A stretch of 64,000 nt of DNA from Myxococcota bacterium (GCA_036338695.1 JAYZBQ010000015.1:1-64000); one strand, 5' to 3'. Shown: positions 51,637 to 61,652, counted from the stretch's first letter. Notes: generated by a model not told the origin, from the letters alone. A program made the numbers and translations.

Positions 51637-52530
51637 ATGGACCGCAATGAGCGACTGCTGCGCCTGATCATTATTCTACGCCGGGCGCGCAGCCCCATCA
51701 CGCGCGCTCAATTGTTCGACGTGCACCCCGCCTATGGCGACCCTTCGCTCAAGCCCGAGAGCATTCTGCGGACCTTTGAGCGCGATAAGGCGGCGTTGCG
51801 CTCGATGGGTGTTCCGCTGCAGATTCAACGGGACGACAACGGTGAAGAGTTGGGCTACCGCTTGGCATCGGGTAAGCGCGCGGCGCTGCGCTGCTCGAGC
51901 TCGGATCGGATGGTGCTGGCTGCCGCTGCTGACAGCTTGATTGCGGTGCCGGGCATGCCGCTTCGCGCTGCGGCGCTCAATGCGCTCGCCAAGCTCGTGG
52001 AGCAGCCGGTGGAGGAGGAGGTGAGCAAGCGAGGGAACGCTCTGCTCGAGCGCCTGCTCGATGCGCTCGAGCGCGGAAAGTCGCTGAGTTTTAGATACCG
52101 GGCTCGCCGCGCAGGTAAGGCGCGTCAGGTCGAGCTCGATGATGCGCTCCTCGAGCTACGCGGGAGTTACTGGTATGTGACCGGCTATGACCGCACGCGC
52201 CGAGCCGACAGGAGCTTCCGTATCGACCGGATCCAAGGTGCGCTCAAAACGCTCAAGCGTGGTGAGGGGCGGCGCAGCGAGGCGCCGTGGTCCCGCTGGC
52301 AGCAGTCGGTCGATCCCGTGCTCGAGGCGACGCTCGAGGCGGGTGAGCTGGCAGGTCCGCTGCCGGCGCGCCTGACGGTGACCGAGCGGCGAGGGCAGCA
52401 GGTGACCGTGCAGACCCGCAATCGATTGGCGCTGATGCGCTGGCTGAGCGCCTCGCCAGGGTGGCGCTTGGTCGGTCCCGCCGGGCTCCGGTCGGAGCTG
52501 GCGGAGCGCTTGGGGCGGCTGATCCCATGA
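51637..52530 (+). CDS. pafB: WYL-domain transcriptional regulator, PafB-like
   Basis: ERLL.L..RTFERDKAALRSMGVPL..GYRL wHTH; WYVTGYDRTRRADRSFRIDRI WYL domain; C-terminal WCX-like VGPAGLR. Confidence 0.85.
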   Translation: MDRNERLLRLIIILRRARSPITRAQLFDVHPAYGDPSLKPESILRTFERDKAALRSMGVPLQIQRDDNGEELGYRLASGKRAALRCSSSDRMVLAAAADSLIAVPGMPLRAAALNALAKLVEQPVEEEVSKRGNALLERLLDALERGKSLSFRYRARRAGKARQVELDDALLELRGSYWYVTGYDRTRRADRSFRIDRIQGALKTLKRGEGRRSEAPWSRWQQSVDPVLEATLEAGELAGPLPARLTVTERRGQQVTVQTRNRLALMRWLSASPGWRLVGPAGLRSELAERLGRLIP

Positions 52531-53489
52531 AGCCCCAACTGCTTGAGACCACGCGCTTGTTTTTGGCGGTCGAGCGCGCCGCAGACCTTGGCGAGTTGGG
52601 TATCGAGCTCAGCGAGCTGGCGCACGAGTTTGGCTTAGGGGTCGACGTGCTGCGCCAGTTCCTAGCGGCGCTCGACGACACCGCAGACCGGACGGCGAGC
52701 CCCGACGAGTTGATCGATTGGACACTCGATGAGGACGAGCGCTTGCGCGTGTATTACGCGCCGGGATTGGATAAAGAGATCCCACTCGGCGGGGACGAAG
52801 CCATCGCCCTTATGATCGGGCTGGATCGCCTCGGTCTGAGCCCAGAGCGACAGGCCGATCTAGGCGCTCAGCTGCTCGCCCGCTTGAGCGCAGCAGAAGC
52901 CGAGCGTCTGCTCGGGATTCGGCACAGGCTGATGGTCAAAGCGCAGCATCGATGGCGGAGCGAGCTCGACGCAGCGCTCGAGTCCGGCAGCGGCTTGAGG
53001 ATTCTTTATGAGTCGGCTTCGGGGCGACAGTGGCGCCGGATCGCACCGTCGGCGACCGTCGACTACGACGGTCAGCTGTACATCGGTGCGTGGTGCTTTG
53101 AGCGGCAAGCGCCGCGTCTGTTTCGAGGCGATCGCCTTTTTCAGCTTGAGGCTTACGAGCTCCATGAACCGGCAGGAACGTCGCTCGACCAGCAGGGGTT
53201 GCGTCAGCGCCTCGCCGAACTCACCGATGGGCAGCTCAACGAGCGCATCGTCCTTCGCTGCGCCGACGAGGACGGTCGCTGGATGGTTGAGGACTACCTA
53301 GGACCGAAGGTTCGTTGGGGCAAAGGTGGCGTCATCACGTTCCACGAGTTCGCTGGTCAGGCGCTGGTTAACTGGATCGTGTCTTGCACCGGCAGCGTGG
53401 TTGTGGAATCGCCCCCACGGCTGGCGCAGCGGGTCACTGAGCGGGCTCGAGAGGTTCTGGTGGCCCTTGTAGGAGAGTCTGATGGATAA
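52527..53489 (+). CDS. pafC: WYL-domain transcriptional regulator, PafC-like
   Basis: ELAHEFG..SPDELID..PL..DEAIAL; YIGAWCFERQAPRLFRGDR; VVESPPRL; ATGA overlap with pafB. Confidence 0.82.
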   Translation: MKPQLLETTRLFLAVERAADLGELGIELSELAHEFGLGVDVLRQFLAALDDTADRTASPDELIDWTLDEDERLRVYYAPGLDKEIPLGGDEAIALMIGLDRLGLSPERQADLGAQLLARLSAAEAERLLGIRHRLMVKAQHRWRSELDAALESGSGLRILYESASGRQWRRIAPSATVDYDGQLYIGAWCFERQAPRLFRGDRLFQLEAYELHEPAGTSLDQQGLRQRLAELTDGQLNERIVLRCADEDGRWMVEDYLGPKVRWGKGGVITFHEFAGQALVNWIVSCTGSVVVESPPRLAQRVTERAREVLVALVGESDG

Positions 53490-54645
53490 CGAGCGTCTCA
53501 AGTTGATTGGCTTGGTCGTCGCAGCGGCGGTGTTGATCGCCTTCAAGCCTGCGTTGGCGGCTGGTATCTTCTTGTTCGGCGTGGTGGTCGGGCTGCACGA
53601 GGCTGGGCACATGTTCTGCGCTAAGAAAGCGGGCATGCGAGTGGACACCTTTAGCATCGGTATGGGGCCGGCGCTGTGGAGTTTTCAGCGCGGCGAGACC
53701 GAGTACCGGATCGCCCCGATTCCTTTTGGTGGTTACGTCCATATCGTCGGTCTCGACCCGGAAGAAGAGGGCGCCGCTGACGACCCACGCGCCTTTGACA
53801 ATCGCCCCCTTTGGGCTCGGGCGCTGGCGATCTTTGGAGGGCCGCTCGCCAACTATCTGACCGCCATGGTGTTGGTCGTTGTGGTCATGATGGCCTGGGG
53901 GGGGCGTTGGGCGGTCGGGGTCGTCTCGGTGAGCGATGGCGCGCCGGCTGCTGCCGCTGGGCTCAAAGGTGGTGATCGCCTCCTCGCCATCAACGGCGAG
54001 TCGCTGAGTAACGTGAGCGATTTGAGCCGGCTTGCGGGCAAGGCGGGGACGTACGAGCTGACGATCACGCGGCCGAGTAAGGCAGCCGCTCAGATCGCGT
54101 CCCAGCCCTGGTATCGAGAGGGCGACGTGCTGTTGCGCCAAGGAGAAGCCTCCGATGGTTCGCACCAGGTCGTTTTTAGGCGCTCGATGACCAAACCGGA
54201 GGGGCTCTTTGGGATGGGGGTGTCGCAAGCGCTCGTCGAGGGCAGTGACCCGTCGCTCGGTGAGGCGCTGGTGACCAGCGTCCGGCTGCCGCTTGAGACC
54301 AGCGTCGGGATCGGTCGAGCGCTGGTGCAGGCGATGACGGCTCCCAAGAGCGGCTCGCTTGGCGGTCCTGTGGCGATCTTGAAGTCAGCGACGGATGAAG
54401 CTCAGGCGGGTCTGCTCCGCTTTCTGCTGTTTGCGATCACCCTGAGCGTTGCGCTTGGGTTTTTTAATCTGCTGCCGATCCCTGCCTTGGACGGGGGGCG
54501 GCTCGTGTTCCTGGGGCTCGAGGCGATCAGCAAGAAGCTCTTGCCCAGCCCGGAAATGCAGATGCGAATTCACAGCTACGGTTTTACCCTGCTCCTCGGA
54601 TTGATCGTCCTGTTGACCGTGTTCGACGTTCGGCGCCTACTTTAA
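53482..54645 (+). CDS. rseP: Site-2 intramembrane metalloprotease with PDZ domain
   Basis: HEAGH, FSIGMGP, PFGGYV, GPLAN, PDZ, NLLPIPALDGG. Confidence 0.93.
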   Translation: MDNERLKLIGLVVAAAVLIAFKPALAAGIFLFGVVVGLHEAGHMFCAKKAGMRVDTFSIGMGPALWSFQRGETEYRIAPIPFGGYVHIVGLDPEEEGAADDPRAFDNRPLWARALAIFGGPLANYLTAMVLVVVVMMAWGGRWAVGVVSVSDGAPAAAAGLKGGDRLLAINGESLSNVSDLSRLAGKAGTYELTITRPSKAAAQIASQPWYREGDVLLRQGEASDGSHQVVFRRSMTKPEGLFGMGVSQALVEGSDPSLGEALVTSVRLPLETSVGIGRALVQAMTAPKSGSLGGPVAILKSATDEAQAGLLRFLLFAITLSVALGFFNLLPIPALDGGRLVFLGLEAISKKLLPSPEMQMRIHSYGFTLLLGLIVLLTVFDVRRLL

Positions 54646-54754
54646 CGCTGGAATACATTCCGCAAGAGCGGGTTGGCGGAGGAACACCCGCCGGGTAATT
54701 TGGGTTCCAATGGTGGGCGCAAAAGGCTACCCAGCCGCCAGGCTGTGGACGTTT

Positions 54755-54831
<77 letters not shown>

Positions 54832-54846
54832 TCGAGGAGAGAGCGG

Positions 54847-55560
54847 ATGCACTTTAGGATGGTTGTGAGCCTCCTGTGCTGCATGCTGGTTGTGGTCAGC
54901 TGCCATCGCTCGAAAGGCATGATCGAGGAAGGCGGCGAGCTCGCTCTGGGGCTGGACCAAGTCCTGGGGATCTCTCAGGTGGACGTGAAGGCAGCCTATC
55001 AACTCGCTGCGAAGCGCGCCTCGGTGAAGTCGGCGCGCCTGGCGTTGCTGGCCGGGCTTGACGGTGGCGTGCGCGGCGAGCTTCGGATCGGCGCCCGGAC
55101 CTACCTCGCCGAGTTCGCTCAGCGCGGGGCATGGCAGGAGCTGGTTCGGACGCTCTTCGGCGCACACAAGAAAGCCGATGCGGTGGGCTCAGACCGCGCA
55201 GAGATCGCGAAGCTGTGCGGCTCGAAGGATCTGCTCAGGCGAACGGCGGGACAGAGCCTGCTCGCGCAAGCTGATCAGCGCGCCTACGACGCGCTGTTCA
55301 GCGAGTTGGGGCCGGAGACGCCTCCGACGAAGGTACGCCAACTGACGGCGGTCCTGCTGAGCACCAAGGGGCGCCTAGCGACCGTGCATTTGATCGAACT
55401 GAGCCAGCGCTACCCAGAGCTCCTCGAGGAGCTGCTGGGGGCCGTCGCTGAACGGGAAGAAGAGGTGGCTGTCGCCTATCTGACGGCGGTCGCTGCTGGA
55501 CACGATGAGGTCTCGGCGCGCCAGACGGCGCGTGCGGCGCTGGAGCTGCGTCAGCAATGA
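54847..55560 (+). CDS. Putative lipoprotein with HEAT-like C-terminus
   Basis: RBS GAGGAG, lipobox VVSC, helical repeats, ATGA overlap downstream. Confidence 0.7.
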   Translation: MHFRMVVSLLCCMLVVVSCHRSKGMIEEGGELALGLDQVLGISQVDVKAAYQLAAKRASVKSARLALLAGLDGGVRGELRIGARTYLAEFAQRGAWQELVRTLFGAHKKADAVGSDRAEIAKLCGSKDLLRRTAGQSLLAQADQRAYDALFSELGPETPPTKVRQLTAVLLSTKGRLATVHLIELSQRYPELLEELLGAVAEREEEVAVAYLTAVAAGHDEVSARQTARAALELRQQ

Positions 55561-56096
55561 GAGGCTGGGTGGCGGCAGCCCTGCTCATGAGCGCTTGCGC
55601 AAGCACCCCACCTCAGGTCACCGGGCCGGCGCCCTCGAGCTACTGGCCGCTTGTTGACGGGCAGGTGATGACCTTCGTCGCGTCGGCAGCGGGTGGCAAG
55701 TCGGTTCAGCGCATCCGCGTCGAGGAGCTCAAGGGTGGCTGGTACCAAGTGGGCCCTGGTCAGCGACTCCGACACGACGCAGACGGCTTGTTCGACGGAA
55801 AGCGCTACCTCATCCGCCGACCGCTTCGAGTCGGTGCGACCTGGCGTGCTATCCCGCAACCCGGTGTCATCGAGCGCTTCTCGGTGGTCCGGGTCGGCGC
55901 ACGCTGCCCGCGTGAGCTGAAGGTCGCCAAGCCCTGCGCAGCGATCGAGGCTCGGCAGAACGTCCCCGACGGGACGCTGCTCACCCGCTGGTGGTATGGA
56001 CAGGGGCTGGGCTTACTGCAGGTCGAGGTCTACATCCAGCAGCGCAGCGGTCGCCTCAACTTGGTCAGCCGCCTCAGTCGCCAGGATGCCTCATGA
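55557..56096 (+). CDS. Putative lipoprotein (YWPL...WWYGQGLGLL beta-rich family)
   Basis: Lipobox MSAC; ATGA overlaps on both sides. Confidence 0.72.
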   Translation: MRGWVAAALLMSACASTPPQVTGPAPSSYWPLVDGQVMTFVASAAGGKSVQRIRVEELKGGWYQVGPGQRLRHDADGLFDGKRYLIRRPLRVGATWRAIPQPGVIERFSVVRVGARCPRELKVAKPCAAIEARQNVPDGTLLTRWWYGQGLGLLQVEVYIQQRSGRLNLVSRLSRQDAS

Positions 56097-56701
56097 TCGG
56101 TAAGTATCTCGTACTTGAAGGGATCGACGGTTCGGGCACGAGCACCCTGTTGTCAGGGCTGCAGGCGGCGCTTGAGAGCGCCGGAATTCGCGTTCACTTC
56201 GCCGCGCAGCCCTCGGATCATGGCGCCGGCGTGCTCGCTCGCAGCTACCTGCGTCAACCGCTCCACGAGGAATTTGAGCGCGCCGCGCTCGCGCTGTTTT
56301 TTGCAGCCGACCGGCTTGAGCTGCGGCGAGAGTTTATCCAGGCGCTGGCGCGCGGCGAGTGGGTGATCTGTGATCGCTCAGTGCTGTCGAGCCTGGTCTA
56401 TCAAGGGAGCGAACTGGACGAAGAGTGGGTTGCGTTGATCAACCGCTACGCGCTGCCCGCCGACCTCACCTTCTTGCTCGATCTTCCAGCCGAGGTCTCC
56501 TGGGAGCGCATCGCAACACGCGGCGCCGAGCGGGAGCGTTTCGAGGTGCTTGAGACGCTGGGTGTGTTGCGTAAGCGCTACCTCGAGGCGGCTCGCTCGT
56601 TCCCGACGCCGGTGCGCTTGATCGACGCAACGCAGCGACCTGAAGACGTGCTTGAAGCCTGCCTGAGGACGCTTCGAGAGCGCGGTTGGCTTCGTCAATG
56701 A
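56093..56701 (+). CDS. tmk: Thymidylate kinase
   Basis: LEGIDGSGTST, LFFAADR, VICDR..SSLVYQ, PADLTFLLD, ERFE. Confidence 0.92.
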   Translation: MIGKYLVLEGIDGSGTSTLLSGLQAALESAGIRVHFAAQPSDHGAGVLARSYLRQPLHEEFERAALALFFAADRLELRREFIQALARGEWVICDRSVLSSLVYQGSELDEEWVALINRYALPADLTFLLDLPAEVSWERIATRGAERERFEVLETLGVLRKRYLEAARSFPTPVRLIDATQRPEDVLEACLRTLRERGWLRQ

Positions 56702-59340
56702 CCGGGCTGCCGAGCACCGAGGGGCTCTCCCCGATGATGACGCATTACGTCGAGACCAAGCTCGTGCATCCGCAGGGGCTGCTCTTTTATCGCGTCGGGG
56801 ACTTCTTCGAATTGTTCTTCGACGACGCCGTGCGTGCGGGCAAACTGCTCGGCTTGGTATGCACCTCGCGCCAGGTGCATCAGGGTCAGCCGATTCCGAT
56901 GGCGGGCGTGCCCCATCATGCGCTGGAGGGTTACGTTGATCAGGCGCTAGAGCACGGGCTGCATGTCGTCATTGTCGATCAGGTCGAGGATCCGGCTCAA
57001 GCCAAGGGCATCGTCAAGCGTGCGGTGACGCGGATCGAGACGCCGGGTACGGTGATCCGTGAAGAGGACCCCGAGCCGATCTTCATCGCTGCGCTTGCGC
57101 CCCCGACACGCCGTCGAGAGCGTGTCGGTTTCGCGGTCATGGATTTGGGCAGCGCAGACTTTCGCTGCACGAGCTTCGAGACGCTGAGTGAGGGGTTCGA
57201 GGAGGTTCGCCGATTGGGCGTACGCGAGCTGCTTGTACCCGAGGGCGATGAGGCGCTTTCTCAGGCTCTCGAGGGCGCGCTCGTTGGGCTCGATCCGTCA
57301 TGGTTCGCTCGGCGCGGCGCCGCAAAGCAGCTGCAGGCTTTCTTAGGTGTTCGAGACCTCGCAACCTTTGGTCTGAGTGGGCACAAGGATCGCCTCGCCG
57401 CCGCCGCGGTGCTCGCCCGTTACGTCCAAGCGACGCGGACGGACACGATCGAGTTTGTGACGCGCCTTCGAAATTATGAGCGCGTGGATCGCCTCCATTT
57501 AGACGCCTCGACGCTGCGCAACTTAGAGATCTTTTCGACACTCGCAGGGGAGCGTCGCGGCAGCTTGTTCACAGCGGTGGACAGGACCTGTACCGCGGGC
57601 GGAAAGCGGGCGCTGATCGAGGCGCTGCGGGCGCCGTTTCGCTCGCTCGAGCCGATCGAGCGGCGTCTGGACCGCACCGAGGCGATGCTGGACGGCGCTC
57701 TGCGCGCTGAGGTGCGCGCGCAGCTCGACGCCGTCATCGATCTGGAGCGCCTGGCGTCCCGATTGGCGCTCGGCGGCGGGAACCCAAGACAGCTGCGGCA
57801 GCTCGCAAACAGCCTGGTGGCGCTCCCCGCTGTGGCGGCTGCGCTGGCGCCGAACCCGGTGCTCGGGGGTTGGTTTCAAGGTGCATGGGATGCGGTCGCC
57901 GGCGAGGTCGGCGGCGACGGTCTGCTCGAGCTCGGACAGCTGCTCGATCGCGCGCTCGAGGAGCGTCCGCCGGTGCGGCGTGGTGACGGCGACTCGATCG
58001 CGCCTGGCTACGATGAGGAGCTCGACGCGGCGCGCGACCTGGCACGGCACGGAGCCGACGCGATCGCTGCGTTCCAAGAGCGTCAGCGGCAAGAGACCGA
58101 CATCCCGACGCTCAAGGTTAAGCAGAACAAAGTGTTCGGTTACTACATCGAGGTGTCGACCCGCTACCTTGATCGCGTGCCGGAGCGTTATCGGCGCAAA
58201 CAGACGATCTCGACGGGTGAGCGCTACATCGACGACGAGCTGGCAAGCCTCGCCGACGCCATCGAGAAGGCGCTTTTTGCCTCGGACCACCGTGAGGAGC
58301 AGCTCGTCGCTGCGCTGCGTGAGCGGTCAGCTCAGCACGTCGCTGGGCTCTTTGCGATCGCAGCCGCGCTCTCTGAGCTCGACCTCGTCCAGAGCTTTGG
58401 TGAGCTTGCGTCGTCTCAGGGGTACGCTCGACCTGAGATGCTCGAAGCCGACAACCATCTGCTCGACCTGCGCGCGTGCCGGCACCCCGTGGTCGAGCAG
58501 CTCAGCCACGAAGCCTTTGTGCCGAACGATCTGGTGCTGGGTGTTGAGGGCGAGCGTCTGATCGTCCTCACCGGTCCCAATATGGGCGGGAAGAGCACCG
58601 TAATGCGTCAGGCTGCGCTGTCCGTACTGATGGCTCAAGCGGGCAGCTTCGTGCCGGCGCACAGCGCACGTTTGGCGCTGCGCGACCGCATTTTCACACG
58701 GGTGGGAGCCAGCGACGACCTGGCGCAAGGGCGCTCGACCTTTATGGTCGAGATGACCGAGACGGCGAATATCTTACATCACGCCTCCGCCGAGAGCCTA
58801 GTCATCCTTGATGAGATCGGCCGGGGGACGGCGACCTTCGATGGCTTGAGCTTAGCGTGGGCGGTCGCAGAGGATTTGGTCGACCGTATCGGTTGCCTTG
58901 GCTTGTTCGCCACGCATTACCATGAGCTGTGCGAACTCGCAGAGACCCGAGACCGCGTCGTGAACATGCGTTTGGCGGTGCGCGAGTGGAATCACGAGAT
59001 TCACTTTTTACGCCAGCTCGAGCCGGGGGGTGCGTCGCGCTCTTACGGGATTCAGGTGGCGCGTCTTGCGGGGCTGCCCAGCGACGTCGTGGGTCGAAGC
59101 CAGGAGATACTCCATCAGCTTGAGCTGCGCGAGCGAGACCGCTCGGACCGACCCACGCTTTTGCCACCGCAGCCGAGTGGGGCGGGGCAGATGAACCTGT
59201 TCGGTGTGAGTAATGTGGACGCCCAGGCGGCGGACGAGCTCGCCGAGATCGCCGCCTTGCTGCGCCGAACGGACCCCGACCACACGACCCCGGTGGAAGC
59301 CCATCGTCTCCTAATTAGGGTGCGCAAAAAGCTGCTCTGA
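56698..59340 (+). CDS. mutS: DNA mismatch repair protein MutS
   Basis: FYRVGDFFELF, PMAGVP, TGPNMGGKST, STFMVEM, DEIGRGT, ATHYHEL, SYGIQVA. Confidence 0.97.
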   Translation: MTGLPSTEGLSPMMTHYVETKLVHPQGLLFYRVGDFFELFFDDAVRAGKLLGLVCTSRQVHQGQPIPMAGVPHHALEGYVDQALEHGLHVVIVDQVEDPAQAKGIVKRAVTRIETPGTVIREEDPEPIFIAALAPPTRRRERVGFAVMDLGSADFRCTSFETLSEGFEEVRRLGVRELLVPEGDEALSQALEGALVGLDPSWFARRGAAKQLQAFLGVRDLATFGLSGHKDRLAAAAVLARYVQATRTDTIEFVTRLRNYERVDRLHLDASTLRNLEIFSTLAGERRGSLFTAVDRTCTAGGKRALIEALRAPFRSLEPIERRLDRTEAMLDGALRAEVRAQLDAVIDLERLASRLALGGGNPRQLRQLANSLVALPAVAAALAPNPVLGGWFQGAWDAVAGEVGGDGLLELGQLLDRALEERPPVRRGDGDSIAPGYDEELDAARDLARHGADAIAAFQERQRQETDIPTLKVKQNKVFGYYIEVSTRYLDRVPERYRRKQTISTGERYIDDELASLADAIEKALFASDHREEQLVAALRERSAQHVAGLFAIAAALSELDLVQSFGELASSQGYARPEMLEADNHLLDLRACRHPVVEQLSHEAFVPNDLVLGVEGERLIVLTGPNMGGKSTVMRQAALSVLMAQAGSFVPAHSARLALRDRIFTRVGASDDLAQGRSTFMVEMTETANILHHASAESLVILDEIGRGTATFDGLSLAWAVAEDLVDRIGCLGLFATHYHELCELAETRDRVVNMRLAVREWNHEIHFLRQLEPGGASRSYGIQVARLAGLPSDVVGRSQEILHQLELRERDRSDRPTLLPPQPSGAGQMNLFGVSNVDAQAADELAEIAALLRRTDPDHTTPVEAHRLLIRVRKKLL

Positions 59341-59388
59341 GTGAGCGTGTCACAGCGCCGTGTAAGCTCCCCGTCGGTAGGGGGAGTT

Positions 59389-60294
59389 ATGAACACGTGG
59401 CAGCGGGCGCTCTTGATTGAGCTGAAAAACAACCGATGGGCTGAGGTCGAGCGTCGCTGGCGGGCGTGGCCTCAGGAGCGACAGCGCCGCTTCGAGGCGA
59501 CTTTTCAAGCAGCTCTTCGAGTGGGTGCTTCGCCCGTCATGGTGGGTGACGCCGAGTATCCAAAAGGCTGGTCTCGGTTGAGCCAGCCGCCGGTTGGTGC
59601 GTGGCTTCGGGGGCGCTGGGACAACGAAGGGCGGGGCGTCGGTATCGTCGGCTCGCGCGCCGCGCCGCCTGAGGTGTGTGCACGCGTTCGCGCCTACGCC
59701 GCTGACTGCGTGGTGCAGGGGGATCGGGTCATCAGCGGCGCAGCCGTTGGCGTCGACACGGCGGCGCACGTGGGCGCCGGCAGCGCTGGGTCGATCGCCG
59801 TCGTCCCTTTTGGCATCGAGGGACCGCGCGTGGGGCAAGGTCAGCTGACCGTTGAGCAGATCTGCGGAGCCGGTGGAGCGGTCTGGGGCGCTGCCCTTCT
59901 CCGCGATGGCGCGCGGCAGCGTTATGTTGCGCGCAATCAACTCCTGGCAGGGCTCTGCGATCGGCTCCTCGTGGCGCACGCTGCGCTCAAGAGTGGCACC
60001 ATGCACACGGTTCGCTTCGCCCAGGCGCTCGATCTGCGGATCGATGCGTGGTGGACGCCAGGTGATCCCTCGACCAACGACGGGTGCCGTGAGATCCTTG
60101 GTGCGGGTCTGCCGTTACAACCGATGCTTCGCGACTTGCTGAAAGCGCTGCGAAAGGCGAAAGGACGAGTACGAGGTGTCGACCGACGGCGGTTTCCTGA
60201 GCTTGCGCTGCTGCTCCTAGAGCTTGAGTGCGAGGGGTGGATCCGGAGCGTCGGTCCGGGGCTCTACGACTGCGGGGAGGCGAAGAAGCGATGA
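59389..60294 (+). CDS. dprA: DNA-processing protein DprA (divergent, short N-terminus)
   Basis: IVGSR, ISGAAVGVDTAAH, RNQLLAGL, KSGTMHT, C-terminal LLELECEGWI winged helix. Confidence 0.85.
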   Translation: MNTWQRALLIELKNNRWAEVERRWRAWPQERQRRFEATFQAALRVGASPVMVGDAEYPKGWSRLSQPPVGAWLRGRWDNEGRGVGIVGSRAAPPEVCARVRAYAADCVVQGDRVISGAAVGVDTAAHVGAGSAGSIAVVPFGIEGPRVGQGQLTVEQICGAGGAVWGAALLRDGARQRYVARNQLLAGLCDRLLVAHAALKSGTMHTVRFAQALDLRIDAWWTPGDPSTNDGCREILGAGLPLQPMLRDLLKALRKAKGRVRGVDRRRFPELALLLLELECEGWIRSVGPGLYDCGEAKKR

Positions 60295-61652
60295 AGCGTG
60301 AACCGACTCATGTCAACGTCGTCGGTGCGGGGCTCGCAGGCTCAGAAGCCGCTTTGTTGCTCGCTCGATCCGGCGTGCCGGTTCGGCTCTACGAGCAAAA
60401 GCCTGAGGCTCGGACGCCGGCTCAAGTTTTGAATGGACCGGCTGAGCTGGTCTGCTCCAACAGTTTCCGCTCGAACAACCCGCTCAACGCGGTCGGCTTG
60501 ATCAAGGAGGAGCTTGAGGCGCTCGAGAGCCCGCTGATGGCGCTCGCACGGGACCACAGTGTGCCGGCCGGCGATGCGCTTGCGGTCGACCGGGAGGCGT
60601 TCTCTGAGGCGGTCGGTGTTGCGCTCTGTGATGAGCCATTGATCGAGCAAATCGTCGAGTGTGTCGCCGACTGGAGCGCCGACCCCAACCCATGGATCCT
60701 CGCGACCGGGCCTCTGACCGCCGACGCGCTTGCAGCCCGCTTGCAAACCGAACTCGGTCCGAGCTGCGCCTTCTTTGACTCGATCGCGCCCATCGTCGAG
60801 GCCGAGAGTATTGACCGGTCCGTCGTGTATGCCTTGAGCCGCTATGGTAAAGGCGAGGGCGACGAATACCTGAACATCCCGCTTGATAAGTTCCAGTATG
60901 AAGCCTTCATCGACGCGGTGTTGACGAGTCCAAAGGTCACCCCGCATGACTTTGAGAAACCGAAATACTTTGAGGGGTGCTTGCCGCTTGAGGTCGTCGC
61001 TGAGCGCGGTCGAGAGAGCTTGCGATTTGGCGCGATGAAGCCGGTCGGTTTACCGGACCCACGCACAGGCCGAGAGCCCTACGCCGTGGTGCAGCTACGC
61101 GCTGAGAATCACGGCCGCACAGCCTACAACATGGTGGGTTTTCAGACCCGCATGACCTGGGGTGCGCAGACGCAAGTCTTTCGGGCGCTGCCGGGTATGT
61201 CGGAGGCGAAGTTCTTACGGCTCGGTGTGATCCACCGGAACACCTACGTCAACGCCCCCGCAGTGCTTGACGATCACCTCGCGCTGCACGCGGCGCCCCA
61301 TGTCCACTTGGCGGGTCAGATCACGGGCTGCGAGGGCTATGTGGAGAGTCTGAGCATCGGTCATTTGGTGGCGCGTCTGTTGCTCATGCGGGCTCAAGGG
61401 AGAGTCTGGGAGCCTCCGCCTCTCGACACGGCGCTCGGCGCACTCTGGGGTCACCTGCGCGGCGCCATGCGTCCGCCGGGCTCAGCACATGAGCCGAACA
61501 ATGTGCACTGGGGTTTGTTCAAGCCCCTTGAAGAACGTCTGCCAAAGCGTCGTCGAAAGGAGCGGAGGCTCGAGATTGCTCGCGAAAGCTTCGTGAGCTG
61601 GCGTCGAGCTCAGGGGTTATTGGCGGCGGCTGAGGCTGTCGCTGCGGGTTGA
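60291..61652 (+). CDS. trmFO: tRNA (uracil-54) methyltransferase TrmFO
   Basis: VGAGLAGSEAA, ELVCSNS, ATGPLT, YFEGCLP, FGAMKPVGL, GVIHRNTY, AGQITGCEGY. Confidence 0.96.
   Translation: MKREPTHVNVVGAGLAGSEAALLLARSGVPVRLYEQKPEARTPAQVLNGPAELVCSNSFRSNNPLNAVGLIKEELEALESPLMALARDHSVPAGDALAVDREAFSEAVGVALCDEPLIEQIVECVADWSADPNPWILATGPLTADALAARLQTELGPSCAFFDSIAPIVEAESIDRSVVYALSRYGKGEGDEYLNIPLDKFQYEAFIDAVLTSPKVTPHDFEKPKYFEGCLPLEVVAERGRESLRFGAMKPVGLPDPRTGREPYAVVQLRAENHGRTAYNMVGFQTRMTWGAQTQVFRALPGMSEAKFLRLGVIHRNTYVNAPAVLDDHLALHAAPHVHLAGQITGCEGYVESLSIGHLVARLLLMRAQGRVWEPPPLDTALGALWGHLRGAMRPPGSAHEPNNVHWGLFKPLEERLPKRRRKERRLEIARESFVSWRRAQGLLAAAEAVAAG

Noticed and set aside
51637..53489. WYL genes as markers of a defence island or Pup-proteasome locus
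   Set aside because: No defence, cas, pafA, pup or proteasome genes in the window; neighbours are core genes
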